Notes: generated by a model from the sequence alone, not told the origin. Shown: positions 34,698 to 43,992, counted from the first letter of the stretch. The stretch is DNA of 64,000 nucleotides from Candidatus Moraniibacteriota bacterium (GCA_963743885.1 CAVURJ010000002.1:305706-369705), one strand, 5' to 3'. Translations and numbers: made by a program.

Positions 34698-37082
34698 ATG
34701 AAATATTCCTATCGCTGGCTGAAAGAATTGAGCGGCACCAAGAAATCCGCTGACCAGATCGCGAAACTCCTCATGACGCATGCGTTTGAGGTGGAGGGGA
34801 TGGAGCGGTTCTCGCTCGGCTTGGATGGTGTGACGATCGGCCAGGTAGTTGGTCTTGAGAAGCACCCGGATGCCGATCGGCTCCGTGTCGCTCAAGTGAT
34901 GTTTGGCAAGAAGGATACCCGCCAGATCGTCTGTGGTGCGCCCAATCTCGCTCTTGATCAGAAGGTAGCGGTGGCGCTGCCGGGCGTCGTGCTGCCGGGT
35001 GGAGAAATCAAAAAAGCGGTCATCCGCGGCGTTGAGTCGAACGGCATGATCTGCTCGGAAGCCGAGATGGGTCTGGGAGATGACCAGGGCGGCATCCTGG
35101 TTTTGCCGGAGGATGCACCGGTTGGTGCGCTCTTTGCCAAGCATTTCGGACTCGAGGATACCATCATCGAAGCCAAGATATTGCCGGACCGCGGATCCGA
35201 TGCGCTTTCCTATCAGGGGCTCGCGCGTGAGATCGCTGCGCTCGACGGCTATGCGCCGCATTTCATCGAAAAGAAGGCCAAGGCATTGCGCATCCCGTCA
35301 TACAATCGTGCTCCGAAGGTTGTCATCGCCGACAAACTCCGTTGCCCGCGCTATATCGGCCTCTCGTTCAAGGGTGTCACGGTCGGGGAGTCGCCACTTT
35401 GGTTGAAGGCCCGCCTCATCCTTTCTGGGCTTCGTCCGATCAACAACATCGTGGACGTCACGAACTATCTCATGCTGCTCACGGGCCAGCCGATGCATGC
35501 CTTCGATGCGGCGAAGCTTTCTGGAGCGGTGACAGTGCGCCGTGCCAAGAAGAACGAGAAGCTTGTCATCCTTACGGGGGAGACCAAGAAGCTCTGTGAA
35601 GACGATTTGGTCATCGCCGATAGCAAGAAGGTGGTCGCGCTCGCAGGTGTGATGGGCGGCCAGGATACGGGCGTCACGGAAGCCACCAAGGATATCTTCC
35701 TCGAGGTCGCGAACTTTGAGAGCTCTTCAGTCCGCCGTACCAAGACCCGGCACAATCTGCCGACCGATGCGAGCTACCGTTTCGAGCGCAATCTCGATCC
35801 CAATCTCGCGTCCGTAGCAGCCGGAGAAGCCGCCGCGCTCATCGGAGCACTCACCGGAGGCAAGCTTTCCGGTATGCGCGACACCTATCCGCGGAAGGTA
35901 TTGCCGTGGAAGATTGCTTTGTCGCTCGCTCGCGTAGGGAATGTGCTCGGCGCTCCGTTGCCACTTTTCGAAGCGGTGCGGTATCTGGCTCTTCTCGGAC
36001 TCCAGGTGAAGAAAGTTTCGGGCAAGGATGTCCTTTCGGTCACGGTGCCGACACGCCGTCCGGATCTCCGCGACGAATGGGATCTGATCGAGGAGATTGG
36101 CCGTATGCGTGGTTATGACAAGATTGCGCCGGCTGCTCCGCTTCTGCCGCTCACGCCCGCTTCGGAAAATCCAGCCAAACGATTCGCTCGCTCCGTGAAG
36201 GAGTATCTCGCGAACGCTGGTTTTGATGAGGTCATGACGTATTCTTTCTATGGCGACAAGGACCGCGTGGCCGCGCGTCTGTCGGAAGAGGGGCATCTCG
36301 CGCTCGAGAATCCGATGAATCCTGATCAGCAGCTCCTCCGCATGACGCTTCTGCCGACGCTTCTCCGCAAGGTTCGTGAGAATCTCCGTCATATAGGCGC
36401 ATTCGATTGCTTCGAGTGGGAAAGCGCTTTTTCCAAGGCTCCGAAGCGCGGAGCGATCGATGAGCGGAAGATGCTCGCGCTCGCGACGGTGCTCGCCGAA
36501 AAAGGCGCCAAGGGTGATGCCTTCTATGCGCTCAAAGGAAAGGTACAGGCACTTCTCGGAGCGATGCGTGTCACGGGAGTCTCGTTCGTTCCGCTTGCGG
36601 ATGCTTCTTCGCTTACTGCTTCAGTGATGCTCCATCCGACTCGTGCCGCTCTTATCATGGCCGGCGATCGGATCATCGGTGTGGCAGGGGAACTTCATCC
36701 TTCTGTTGCCAAGGCTTTCAATCTCGATGCCCGGGTGGCCTGCGCTGAATTCGACGCGGAGGCGCTTCGCCTGTCAGTCGATGACAAGATGGTCTATGAA
36801 CCGCTTCGGCGTTTCCCGTATGCGATGCGTGATATCTCACTCGTCTTTCCGGAGGGGGCGACCGTAGGCGAAGTCGAGCAGATGTTGTCCGAGGCCGGCG
36901 CGCCGCTCCTTGGCAGGCATGAGCTGTTCGATATCTACGGCGAAGGGAAGGGGAAGAGTCTGGCGTTCCACCTCTTCTTCGGGGCTTCGGACCGTACTAT
37001 CACGAACGACGAGGCGGATAAGGCTTTCGACCGGATAGTGGCCGAAGCCGACAAGCGATTCGGGGCAAAACTGAAGCAATAG
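34698..37082 (+). CDS. pheT: phenylalanine--tRNA ligase beta subunit
   Basis: MKYSYRWLKEL N-terminus, tRNA-binding domain, B3/4 and B5 regions, C-terminal FDX-ACB-like domain; 794 aa. Confidence 0.9.
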   Translation: MKYSYRWLKELSGTKKSADQIAKLLMTHAFEVEGMERFSLGLDGVTIGQVVGLEKHPDADRLRVAQVMFGKKDTRQIVCGAPNLALDQKVAVALPGVVLPGGEIKKAVIRGVESNGMICSEAEMGLGDDQGGILVLPEDAPVGALFAKHFGLEDTIIEAKILPDRGSDALSYQGLAREIAALDGYAPHFIEKKAKALRIPSYNRAPKVVIADKLRCPRYIGLSFKGVTVGESPLWLKARLILSGLRPINNIVDVTNYLMLLTGQPMHAFDAAKLSGAVTVRRAKKNEKLVILTGETKKLCEDDLVIADSKKVVALAGVMGGQDTGVTEATKDIFLEVANFESSSVRRTKTRHNLPTDASYRFERNLDPNLASVAAGEAAALIGALTGGKLSGMRDTYPRKVLPWKIALSLARVGNVLGAPLPLFEAVRYLALLGLQVKKVSGKDVLSVTVPTRRPDLRDEWDLIEEIGRMRGYDKIAPAAPLLPLTPASENPAKRFARSVKEYLANAGFDEVMTYSFYGDKDRVAARLSEEGHLALENPMNPDQQLLRMTLLPTLLRKVRENLRHIGAFDCFEWESAFSKAPKRGAIDERKMLALATVLAEKGAKGDAFYALKGKVQALLGAMRVTGVSFVPLADASSLTASVMLHPTRAALIMAGDRIIGVAGELHPSVAKAFNLDARVACAEFDAEALRLSVDDKMVYEPLRRFPYAMRDISLVFPEGATVGEVEQMLSEAGAPLLGRHELFDIYGEGKGKSLAFHLFFGASDRTITNDEADKAFDRIVAEADKRFGAKLKQ

Positions 37083-37086
37083 TAGT

Positions 37087-37372
37087 CCCGCACTATCTTT
37101 TTTCGGATATGTATTATGTGTATGTAATACAGAATGAGAAGGACGAGCTTTATTATGGCTTTACTTCCGATTTAAAAAAACGGATGCGAGAACATAATGA
37201 AGGAAGCACGTTTTCTACAAGAGGATTTTTGTGGCGTCTTGTCTATTACGAAGCGTATCTTTCGAAGAAAGATGCTATGACGAGAGAACGTAGCATGAAG
37301 CGATATGGCCAAGCGCTCGGGCATCTGAAGAATAGGATAAAGGCTTCATTAAAAGAAAAAAGATAGTGCGGG
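37087..37372. repeat. 17-bp perfect inverted repeat (cccgcactatctttttt / aaaaaagatagtgcggg) whose 252-nt loop is exactly a GIY-YIG ORF; looks like a terminator hairpin invaded by the gene
   Basis: left arm 37087-37103, right arm 37356-37372 (overlaps the ORF stop codon). Confidence 0.6.
37109..37366 (+). CDS. stand-alone GIY-YIG nuclease domain protein (85 aa)
   Basis: YYVYVIQNEKDELYYGFTSDLKKRMREHN matches GIY-(10)-YIG-T-DL-R-H core. Confidence 0.75.
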   Translation: MYYVYVIQNEKDELYYGFTSDLKKRMREHNEGSTFSTRGFLWRLVYYEAYLSKKDAMTRERSMKRYGQALGHLKNRIKASLKEKR

Positions 37373-37449
37373 ATTGCAAGAATAGCATTTTTGTGCTATA
37401 ATTAGTTGTTTGCAGTACCTTTTCATGACAGATCGGATCATCGCGCGAT

Positions 37450-37581
37450 CCCTCACATGAAATGACATGGCCAGTCCGCTGGCTCTTTAGGGACGATGTG
37501 TAAGTAAAAAAGCTATTACTTCGCACAAAACGTTCTCTTGGATGCAAACAAACAAGTTTGTTGTGTCATTTCATGTGAGGG
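37450..37581 (+). repeat. R1: ~130-nt element bounded by perfect 18-bp inverted repeats ccctcacatgaaatgaca / tgtcatttcatgtgaggg, inside RNase P RNA at the P2/P3 position
   Basis: direct repeat of 38007-38140. Confidence 0.6.
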
Positions 37582-38006
37582 AAGTGAGGAAAGTCCGGAC
37601 ACTCAGCCGCCGAAAGGCGGCACGGGTAGCAGGTAACGCCTGTCAGCCGATGCATGGCATCGGAAGTTCCAAGAGACAAGTTCCAAGAAACAAGGAATAT
37701 CCAATATTCAATGACCAATGATCAAGGCGGAGCAGTATTCCGAAATTGTGATTTGAGAGTTGGAGATTGTATCTTATTTGTATCTTGTAGCTTGAGGCTT
37801 GGTGATTCCGCTGCCATGCAGCGGCAGAGGTGCGAACAGTGACGCCGAAGCCGAAAGGCCGAGGATCCCTTCGGGGATAATTCCGTTGGAAGGCGGAAGT
37901 GAAACGGCTAAATCCTTACTTGGGTGCAAGGCCGCGTCTCGGCGTAAGCCGAGAAGAGCCGCAAAGATCTTCCTGGCGACAGGAAGGCAAGAGAAATGAT
38001 GGTCAT

Positions 38007-38140
38007 CCCTCACATGAAATGACATAGCCAGTCCGCTGGCTTCTTGAGGACCATTGTGTAAGCAGGCAGAATCAGCCATGTGCATGATGCGTTCTCTCGG
38101 ATGCAAACAAACAAGTTTGTTGTGTCATTTCATGTGAGGG
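38007..38140 (+). repeat. R2: second copy of the 18-bp-IR-bounded element, immediately 5' of the P4 3' strand
   Basis: 44-nt and 20-nt identical blocks with R1; central ~30 nt diverged. Confidence 0.6.
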
Positions 38141-38227
38141 AGACAGAATCCGGCTTATAGATCTGTCATGAAAAGGTATTAGAATAACAGGGTATAGGGG
38201 AAAGGGCTTAGGGTATAGTCAAAAAAT

Positions 38228-38285
38228 CTAAACCCTACTATCTATATCCTGTCCTCTAAACCCTATCCCCTAAACCCTAACCCCT
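38228..38285. repeat. short telomere-like CTAAACCCT/CCCTAA repeats with inverted TTAGGG-like partner upstream (38190-38225)
   Basis: tctaaaccctac...ctctaaaccctatcccctaaaccctaacccctg. Confidence 0.35.
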
Positions 38286-38292
38286 GTTTACA

Positions 38293-39723
38293 ATGAAGCG
38301 TTCCGAAATATTCTTCAGCGCTATTCAGGTGCCAGTCGATCTCATTGTGATTGTGCTGGCGGCTATTTCTGCGTATTACCTGCGCAGCTGGGAACCTGTC
38401 CGGCCGTTCTTGTCGCCGGTCTTCAATCTTTCTTTCGAGGATTATTTCCGTTTTGCGGCGACGGTCTCGCCGTTTTTCCTGCTCGTCTACGCGATCGAGG
38501 GGCTGTATACCATGCGTGTCACCCGCAGCTTCTGGCGCGAGGTATCGAGCATCTTCCGGGCGACGTCGCTCGGTCTCATTATCCTTATCATCGCGGTCTT
38601 TCTCAAGCGCGAATGGTTTTCTTCGCGTTTCGTCATTCTGGCAGGGTGGGGGTTGGCTGTGGCCTACGTCGTCTTCGCGCGCTATCTCATCCAGCGGGCC
38701 CAGAAGTGGTTCCTGGTGAATCGTGGTATTGGCGTCCATCGTGTCTTGCTCATCGGCTACAACGACAAGATGCGGCTGCTCCGCATGCGCCTCGACCATG
38801 ACAAGACGCTCGGCTACCGTGTGGTCGACCAAATTTCCGACGCCAGTCTGACGCACATCAAGGAGATCCGTCAGATGAAGGGTGTCGATGAGATCGTTGT
38901 GGGCGATCCGTCGCTTACCGATGATGAGCAGGAGAAGCTTTTCGATTTCTGCCAGATCAACAATGTCGCTTACAAATACTATCCGACGACGCTCCAGACG
39001 CAGCGTTTCTCTATGCGCATGTTCCAGGGCGAGCCGATCATCGAGTTCGAGCATACGCCGCTTGATGGCTGGGGCAAGGTGCTCAAGCGTGCCTATGACA
39101 TCGTCGCCGGCTTCGTCCTGACGGTGCTTTTTTCCCCGATCATGCTCGTCATCGCCATCCTCATCAAGCTTGAGGATCCGGATGGTCCGATCATCTACAA
39201 GAACGAGCGTATCGGCGAGAACGGCAAGAAATTCTTCGTCTACAAGTTCCGCTATATGCAGTGGAAGTATTGTGTCACCAAGGACAATCCGAAGATGAAA
39301 GAAGCAATCGCCTTCGAGAAAGAGCTCATCGCGAAGCACAATACCCGTGAAGGTGGTATCCTCTACAAGATCAAGGATGATCCGCGCAAGATGCGGGTCG
39401 GTGCGTTCATCGAGCGTTTCTCACTCGACGAGTTCCCGCAGTTCTTCAATGTCCTGAAGGGGGATATGAGCCTCGTGGGGCCGCGGCCGCACCAGGAGCG
39501 CGAAGTGGAGCTCTACAAAGAGTACCATCGCCGCCTCCTCACCATCAAGCCGGGCGTGACCGGTATGGCGCAGGTCTCCGGCCGCTCCGACCTCGCCTTC
39601 GAGGATGAGTACCGTCTCGACGTTTTCTACATCGAGAACTGGTCGCTTTGGCTTGATATCATCATCTGTTTCAAGACCGCCGGTGCGCTCCTCCGCCGCC
39701 GGAAGAATGGCCATGGGAAGTAG
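38293..39723 (+). CDS. polyprenyl-phosphate hexose-1-phosphate transferase (WbaP/EPS initiating sugar transferase family)
   Basis: N-terminal 4-5 TM, C-terminal 'bacterial sugar transferase' block KFRYMQ...DEFPQFFNVLKGDMSLVGPRP. Confidence 0.85.
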   Translation: MKRSEIFFSAIQVPVDLIVIVLAAISAYYLRSWEPVRPFLSPVFNLSFEDYFRFAATVSPFFLLVYAIEGLYTMRVTRSFWREVSSIFRATSLGLIILIIAVFLKREWFSSRFVILAGWGLAVAYVVFARYLIQRAQKWFLVNRGIGVHRVLLIGYNDKMRLLRMRLDHDKTLGYRVVDQISDASLTHIKEIRQMKGVDEIVVGDPSLTDDEQEKLFDFCQINNVAYKYYPTTLQTQRFSMRMFQGEPIIEFEHTPLDGWGKVLKRAYDIVAGFVLTVLFSPIMLVIAILIKLEDPDGPIIYKNERIGENGKKFFVYKFRYMQWKYCVTKDNPKMKEAIAFEKELIAKHNTREGGILYKIKDDPRKMRVGAFIERFSLDEFPQFFNVLKGDMSLVGPRPHQEREVELYKEYHRRLLTIKPGVTGMAQVSGRSDLAFEDEYRLDVFYIENWSLWLDIIICFKTAGALLRRRKNGHGK

Positions 39724-39736
39724 GAATGGTATTTAG

Positions 39737-39754
39737 TATCATGTAGTATGTATT
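39737..39754 (+). promoter_or_regulatory. TGTA-rich motif gtatcatgtagtatgtat between wbaP stop and its terminator
   Basis: 17/18 identical to 30602-30619. Confidence 0.3.
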
Positions 39755-39760
39755 TTGTAT

Positions 39761-39786
39761 GCGGGCCTCAGGGCCCGCTTTTTTTC
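39761..39786 (+). terminator. intrinsic terminator gcgggcc-tca-gggcccgc + ttttttt
   Basis: 8-bp GC stem + 8 T. Confidence 0.6.
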
Positions 39787-39869
39787 TGTCATTCTGAGCC
39801 CGCCAAAGGCGGGTAGACTCCACGAAGAATCTCGTAGTTATATTGTCATTCCGGACTTGATCCGGAATC
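39787..39869. repeat. two further copies of tgtcattc...gaatc palindromic repeat family
   Basis: tgtcattctgagcccgccaaaggcgggtagactccacgaagaatctc and tgtcattccggacttgatccggaatc. Confidence 0.45.
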
Positions 39870-39956
39870 TAGGTTTTTAGTGAGTTCAATAATTCAAAAC
39901 GCTTGACAGACCCAGCAAAACACTTCTTTCTAGGTGTATAATAAAAGCAGATACTT

Positions 39957-39974
39957 TTGTATCTGGTATTTTGT
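39957..39974 (+). promoter_or_regulatory. TGTA-rich motif gtattttgtagtatgtat, copy 3, just downstream of a TATAAT box (~39938)
   Basis: sequence identity to other two copies. Confidence 0.3.
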
Positions 39975-40047
39975 AGTATGTATATTATGTATGATCCAAT
40001 ACCTCTTTGGCTTTAAGAACTTTATAACTTTATAAACTTTCAAGCAT

Positions 40048-40395
40048 ATGTTGCTACTGAAATGGTTAGTCAGCACTCTTGCGTTCCTCGCGCTGCCACA
40101 CATCGTGCCGGGCATTTCAGTCGAGGGTTTCGGGACAGCGCTCGTCCTCGCACTCTTTTGGGGGCTTATGAATATCACGATCAAGCCGATCCTGACAATT
40201 CTCACGCTGCCAATCAATCTTCTTACCTTCGGTATCTTCACCTTCGTCGTCAACGGCTTCCTGCTCTGGCTCCTCGCGGGCATTATCAAGGGCTTCGCCG
40301 TGAAGGGCTTCTGGATCGCCGTCCTGGGTGGCCTGGTCCTCTCCGCCATCCACACGCTGACGCATTGGGCGCTCAGCCATCATCCAAGCGAATGA
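40048..40395 (+). CDS. DUF360 / phage-holin-4-like small membrane protein (YvlD-like)
   Basis: LPHIVPGISVEGFGTALVLALFWGLMNITIKPIL...FVVNGFLLWLLAGII pattern, 3-4 TM, 115 aa. Confidence 0.55.
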   Translation: MLLLKWLVSTLAFLALPHIVPGISVEGFGTALVLALFWGLMNITIKPILTILTLPINLLTFGIFTFVVNGFLLWLLAGIIKGFAVKGFWIAVLGGLVLSAIHTLTHWALSHHPSE

Positions 40396-40482
40396 TAAGC
40401 AAAACAAAGGTGTCAGGCGATTCGTCGCCCGGCACCTTTTTCTAAGAGGTCGTAAAAAATAATTAAAATAGCACATAAAATT

Positions 40483-40752
40483 ATGATTATATCTGGATCT
40501 GAAATTGATATAGTTATCACTTCTTTCGCGTATCTGTTTCTTTTGATTGTGGCAATAGCGTGGCTTGTAGTCTGTTTTCGTCGGGATAAACGTTACATCG
40601 GATTGTTGGGTGCCTCTATTCTTCTGAACGTGCTGTCTTTTCTATATTTTCTTGGGAAAACCCCATATTGGATCGGGTATTTTAATCTTTTTATATGGCC
40701 AGTTTTAAATATCGTCTTCGTTCTTAGATATTTTTTGCAGAAAAATAATTAA
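40483..40752 (+). CDS. hypothetical small membrane protein (89 aa), 13 nt upstream of paralog P2
   Basis: 2-3 hydrophobic segments; AT-rich. Confidence 0.4.
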   Translation: MIISGSEIDIVITSFAYLFLLIVAIAWLVVCFRRDKRYIGLLGASILLNVLSFLYFLGKTPYWIGYFNLFIWPVLNIVFVLRYFLQKNN

Positions 40753-40764
40753 GATGTTTGAAAT

Positions 40765-43700
40765 ATGCTCAAAAAAATAATTTTTGTAGCATTTATAATG
40801 GTGGTTCTTGTGGGAGCCGTCGTTCCTTTTTCTGTTGATTTTACGCTTCTTTATTCTTCAGCTGATGATGAATATACTGAGATTCTTGAGGATACTGAAT
40901 GGTCTGGCGAGATGACTATCGGTGGTTATGTTTGGATTGATCCAGAAGCTACACTAACCATAAAGAAAGGTTCCGTACTTATAATCAAGGGTGGAACTTT
41001 TTTTGATGTGAATGGGAAGATTTCTTTTGATGGGACAGTTAAGGATCCGGTGGTGATACGGAAAGAATCGTCTGGTTCAAACGAGGGATATTCGATCGCC
41101 GCTAATGGAGCTGGTCGTATAAATATTCGTAATGCTGATATAAGCGGTGGCGGTAGTGCAATAGATGCTGTTCTTGTAAAAAGGAAGCGATCCTTTTTAC
41201 AAACCGTATTTGCGACGATATTTTATTCTGGAGCAATCAGCGTTCATGATAGTGGATCGTTTGTCGCCGAAGGAGTGAATTTTCATGATAATACTGTCGC
41301 TGTCCATGTTGATCGAAATGAGTATTCTTATAATGATGATGTTGTCGTGAATCGGTCTAAGTTTTCGGACAATGTTTATGATGTAGTAAATGTCGATTCG
41401 GCGCAGTTTGATTTTCGATATAACTGGTGGGGTAATGTGTCTGGTCCGGAATCATGTTTGGATTCCGAGGAATGCGGGTCAAGACAGTTTAAAAAAATTA
41501 GAGGGGATGCGAATATCACTGACTGGGCAAAAGAAGAAGATTTCAGAGACCCAGTGATTATTGTACCTGGTATTGTCGGATCTACCATGAAAGATGGGAA
41601 ATTAGAGTTGGATCAAATACTCCATACCTACGATAATCTTTACGCGTCTTTCGTTGCTAATGGTTATCTACAAGAGAAGAATCTTTTTGTCTTTCCATAT
41701 GAATGGCGTGATAGCAATATAGATAACGCAGTGCTTCTTAAGGAAAAAATAGATGAAATAAAGCAATCCATGCATTGGCCAAAAGTTGATATCGTAGCTC
41801 ATTCTATGGGCGGGCTTTTGACAAGACAATATCTCGAGTCTGGTGGGTATCAACAGGATATTGATCAGCTGATAACAATAGGCACTCCGCAGAGGGGCTC
41901 TCCGGCGGCATATTTGACGTGGGGCGGCGGAAAAATCGGCCCGAGTTTTTCTGATATTATTGTGGGGCTTATTTTTGATCAAGAAGCCAGAAAGAATGGG
42001 TACAAGGATATATTTGATTACGTCAGGAATCGGCCCATACTTTCAGTTAAAGAACTTCTACCAGAATATAGCTATCTTCATGATGCGTTAAATAGTGACG
42101 AAACAAGGGTGTACCCATCCAATTATCCGAGAAATGAATTTCTTGAGAATCTCAATGTTTTACAAAATAAAGAACACTTGGATGATGTTGAATTTAGTAA
42201 AATTGTAGGTAATATAAGGGATAATAAAACCATTTCCGGTATACGAACCGTAAATAATGGAAATTATGCCATAGGAGAGCCATGGGAGCACGGATATCCG
42301 ATTGGATTCGAAATACCCGCTGGTGATAGGGGGTTGTTGTTTGGTGATGGAGACGGTACTGTTCCATTGGAATCAGCGAGGTATTTAGATGGAATTTATA
42401 ATATCGAACTTGATTCTAGTCATAGAAGCCTTCCTACGGATGCCCAGAGTGATGTTTTGAGTATTTTAACTGGAACATCGCCGGAAATTATTGTGGATAG
42501 GGGGATAGTGGAAGACATTCTTATCGCTCGTGCTTTTTCTCCTATTGATATCCAGATTATTTCTCCCTCAAAGAAAAGGATTGGTAAGAATTTTGAGACG
42601 GGAGGCGTATATGATGAGATTCCTGGTGCATATTACACCGGATACGATACGAAATCTGAGTTCATTACCATCCCTAATCCAGAAGATGGAGAATACAAGA
42701 TTTTGACTCGGGGGACGGACACTGGAAGCTATCGTATAGAAGTGGCTAAAATTGTTGAGGATGGAGATGGCAGCACGAAGGAGTCCGCAGTGTCATTCGC
42801 CGGAACGGCCGTTTTGGATGCGGAAGAGGAGACAGTCGTGATGGTTGAAGGTGATGAGGTATTTTCTGGCGGGATAAAAGATGAAACCGCTCCGATAACG
42901 ACAGCCTTGCTCTCTGGTACCCAAGGAACGAGCGGCTGGTATACGGGTGAGGTGATGGTGGCGTTCTCGGCTACGGACAATGATGGCGGCAGTGGCATCG
43001 ACAAAACTGAATACTCTCTCGATAACGGAGTAAATTGGATTGCATACGCCGACCCATTTACAATTTCGACCGAGGGCACAACGACCTTCCAATATCGTTC
43101 CATCGACGAAGCCGGTAATCAAGAAGAAGCGAAGACGGAAATCATTAAGATCGATAAAACTAAGCCGATTATCACGGGAACAACTCTTTCAGTGGCCGAT
43201 GCGAACGGATGGAATACTACTGATGTTGAGGTGCGTTTTACCTGTACCGACAGCGGACTGAGCCAGTCCGGTATCGAGACAGACACGGTGGCAGGTGGCA
43301 CTCTGACATCAGAAGGAAAAGGGCAATCATTGACGAATACAGGGGTATGTACTGACAAGGCAGGTAACCAGGCTGCTCCAACAACCGTATCGGGTATTAA
43401 TATCGACAAAGCCTCCCCTGAAGCGAAAATATCCTTCAATCCAACCACGCAGAAGCTTGATATATCAGGAACAGACAATCTTTCAGATGTTTCCGTCATC
43501 ATCCTCGAAAAACAAGAACTGACACCAGCAAACAAGAAAGTAAAGAAGATCAAAGACTGGTTCTCTCGTTGGCACAACAGGCATAAGAAGGACCTCCCAG
43601 ATATGCTTGCTACCATCACAGATCAATCTGGCCGCACTACAGCACTTTCTTTTGAGAAGCGGGAGAACAAAGGCAGTATCTTTGCCCACCTGCTTTCCTT

Positions 43701-43965
43701 GGAGTATGATGGAGGAGAGGAAAAGATCCTGAATGAAGCTTCCCTCGGCTACGCCTGGCATACGGATAAGAGAGGGCGCTACATTGATTTCTCCTCATCT
43801 CTCTCCGTAGAAGATTCCCGCCTCATGTCTACGTATCTTCAGAGGCAGGATAGAACAATCATTCTAGAGCAGGTGAGGCGTCGTCTTCCGAAACTGACAA
43901 GCGAGGAGGGGATGGTGGTGCCGTATATGGAGAGTCAGAAAGGAAGTATTGGTATAAAGCATTAA
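40765..43965 (+). CDS. large secreted LCAT/PGAP1-like lipase-domain protein (paralog P2) with conserved C-terminal module
   Basis: signal peptide; FPYEWRDS (DWR-type motif); VAHSMGG nucleophile elbow; GDGDGTVPLESA; YSLDNGVNW...YRSIDEAGNQEE; C-terminal ~330 aa near-identical to P1. Confidence 0.75.
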   Translation: MLKKIIFVAFIMVVLVGAVVPFSVDFTLLYSSADDEYTEILEDTEWSGEMTIGGYVWIDPEATLTIKKGSVLIIKGGTFFDVNGKISFDGTVKDPVVIRKESSGSNEGYSIAANGAGRINIRNADISGGGSAIDAVLVKRKRSFLQTVFATIFYSGAISVHDSGSFVAEGVNFHDNTVAVHVDRNEYSYNDDVVVNRSKFSDNVYDVVNVDSAQFDFRYNWWGNVSGPESCLDSEECGSRQFKKIRGDANITDWAKEEDFRDPVIIVPGIVGSTMKDGKLELDQILHTYDNLYASFVANGYLQEKNLFVFPYEWRDSNIDNAVLLKEKIDEIKQSMHWPKVDIVAHSMGGLLTRQYLESGGYQQDIDQLITIGTPQRGSPAAYLTWGGGKIGPSFSDIIVGLIFDQEARKNGYKDIFDYVRNRPILSVKELLPEYSYLHDALNSDETRVYPSNYPRNEFLENLNVLQNKEHLDDVEFSKIVGNIRDNKTISGIRTVNNGNYAIGEPWEHGYPIGFEIPAGDRGLLFGDGDGTVPLESARYLDGIYNIELDSSHRSLPTDAQSDVLSILTGTSPEIIVDRGIVEDILIARAFSPIDIQIISPSKKRIGKNFETGGVYDEIPGAYYTGYDTKSEFITIPNPEDGEYKILTRGTDTGSYRIEVAKIVEDGDGSTKESAVSFAGTAVLDAEEETVVMVEGDEVFSGGIKDETAPITTALLSGTQGTSGWYTGEVMVAFSATDNDGGSGIDKTEYSLDNGVNWIAYADPFTISTEGTTTFQYRSIDEAGNQEEAKTEIIKIDKTKPIITGTTLSVADANGWNTTDVEVRFTCTDSGLSQSGIETDTVAGGTLTSEGKGQSLTNTGVCTDKAGNQAAPTTVSGINIDKASPEAKISFNPTTQKLDISGTDNLSDVSVIILEKQELTPANKKVKKIKDWFSRWHNRHKKDLPDMLATITDQSGRTTALSFEKRENKGSIFAHLLSLEYDGGEEKILNEASLGYAWHTDKRGRYIDFSSSLSVEDSRLMSTYLQRQDRTIILEQVRRRLPKLTSEEGMVVPYMESQKGSIGIKH

Positions 43966-43992
43966 AAGTAAGAAGATTAATTTAAAAAAAGT

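Larger units (their letters stand above)
37415..38180 (+). ncRNA. rnpB: RNase P RNA (bacterial type), unusually long (~765 nt) with duplicated internal palindromic element and AT-rich expansion
   Basis: P4 5' strand gaggaaagtccggac (37586-37600), ggtaacgcctg, gtgaaacgg, P4 3' strand acagaatccggcttata (38141-38157); P1 formed by gtaccttttcatgacagatc (37415-) and gatctgtcatgaaaaggtat (-38180). Confidence 0.75.

Noticed and set aside
37654-38106. Small ORFs 37654-37842, 37799-37999, 37774-38106
   Set aside because: They lie inside the RNase P RNA gene, so a coding interpretation is unlikely.
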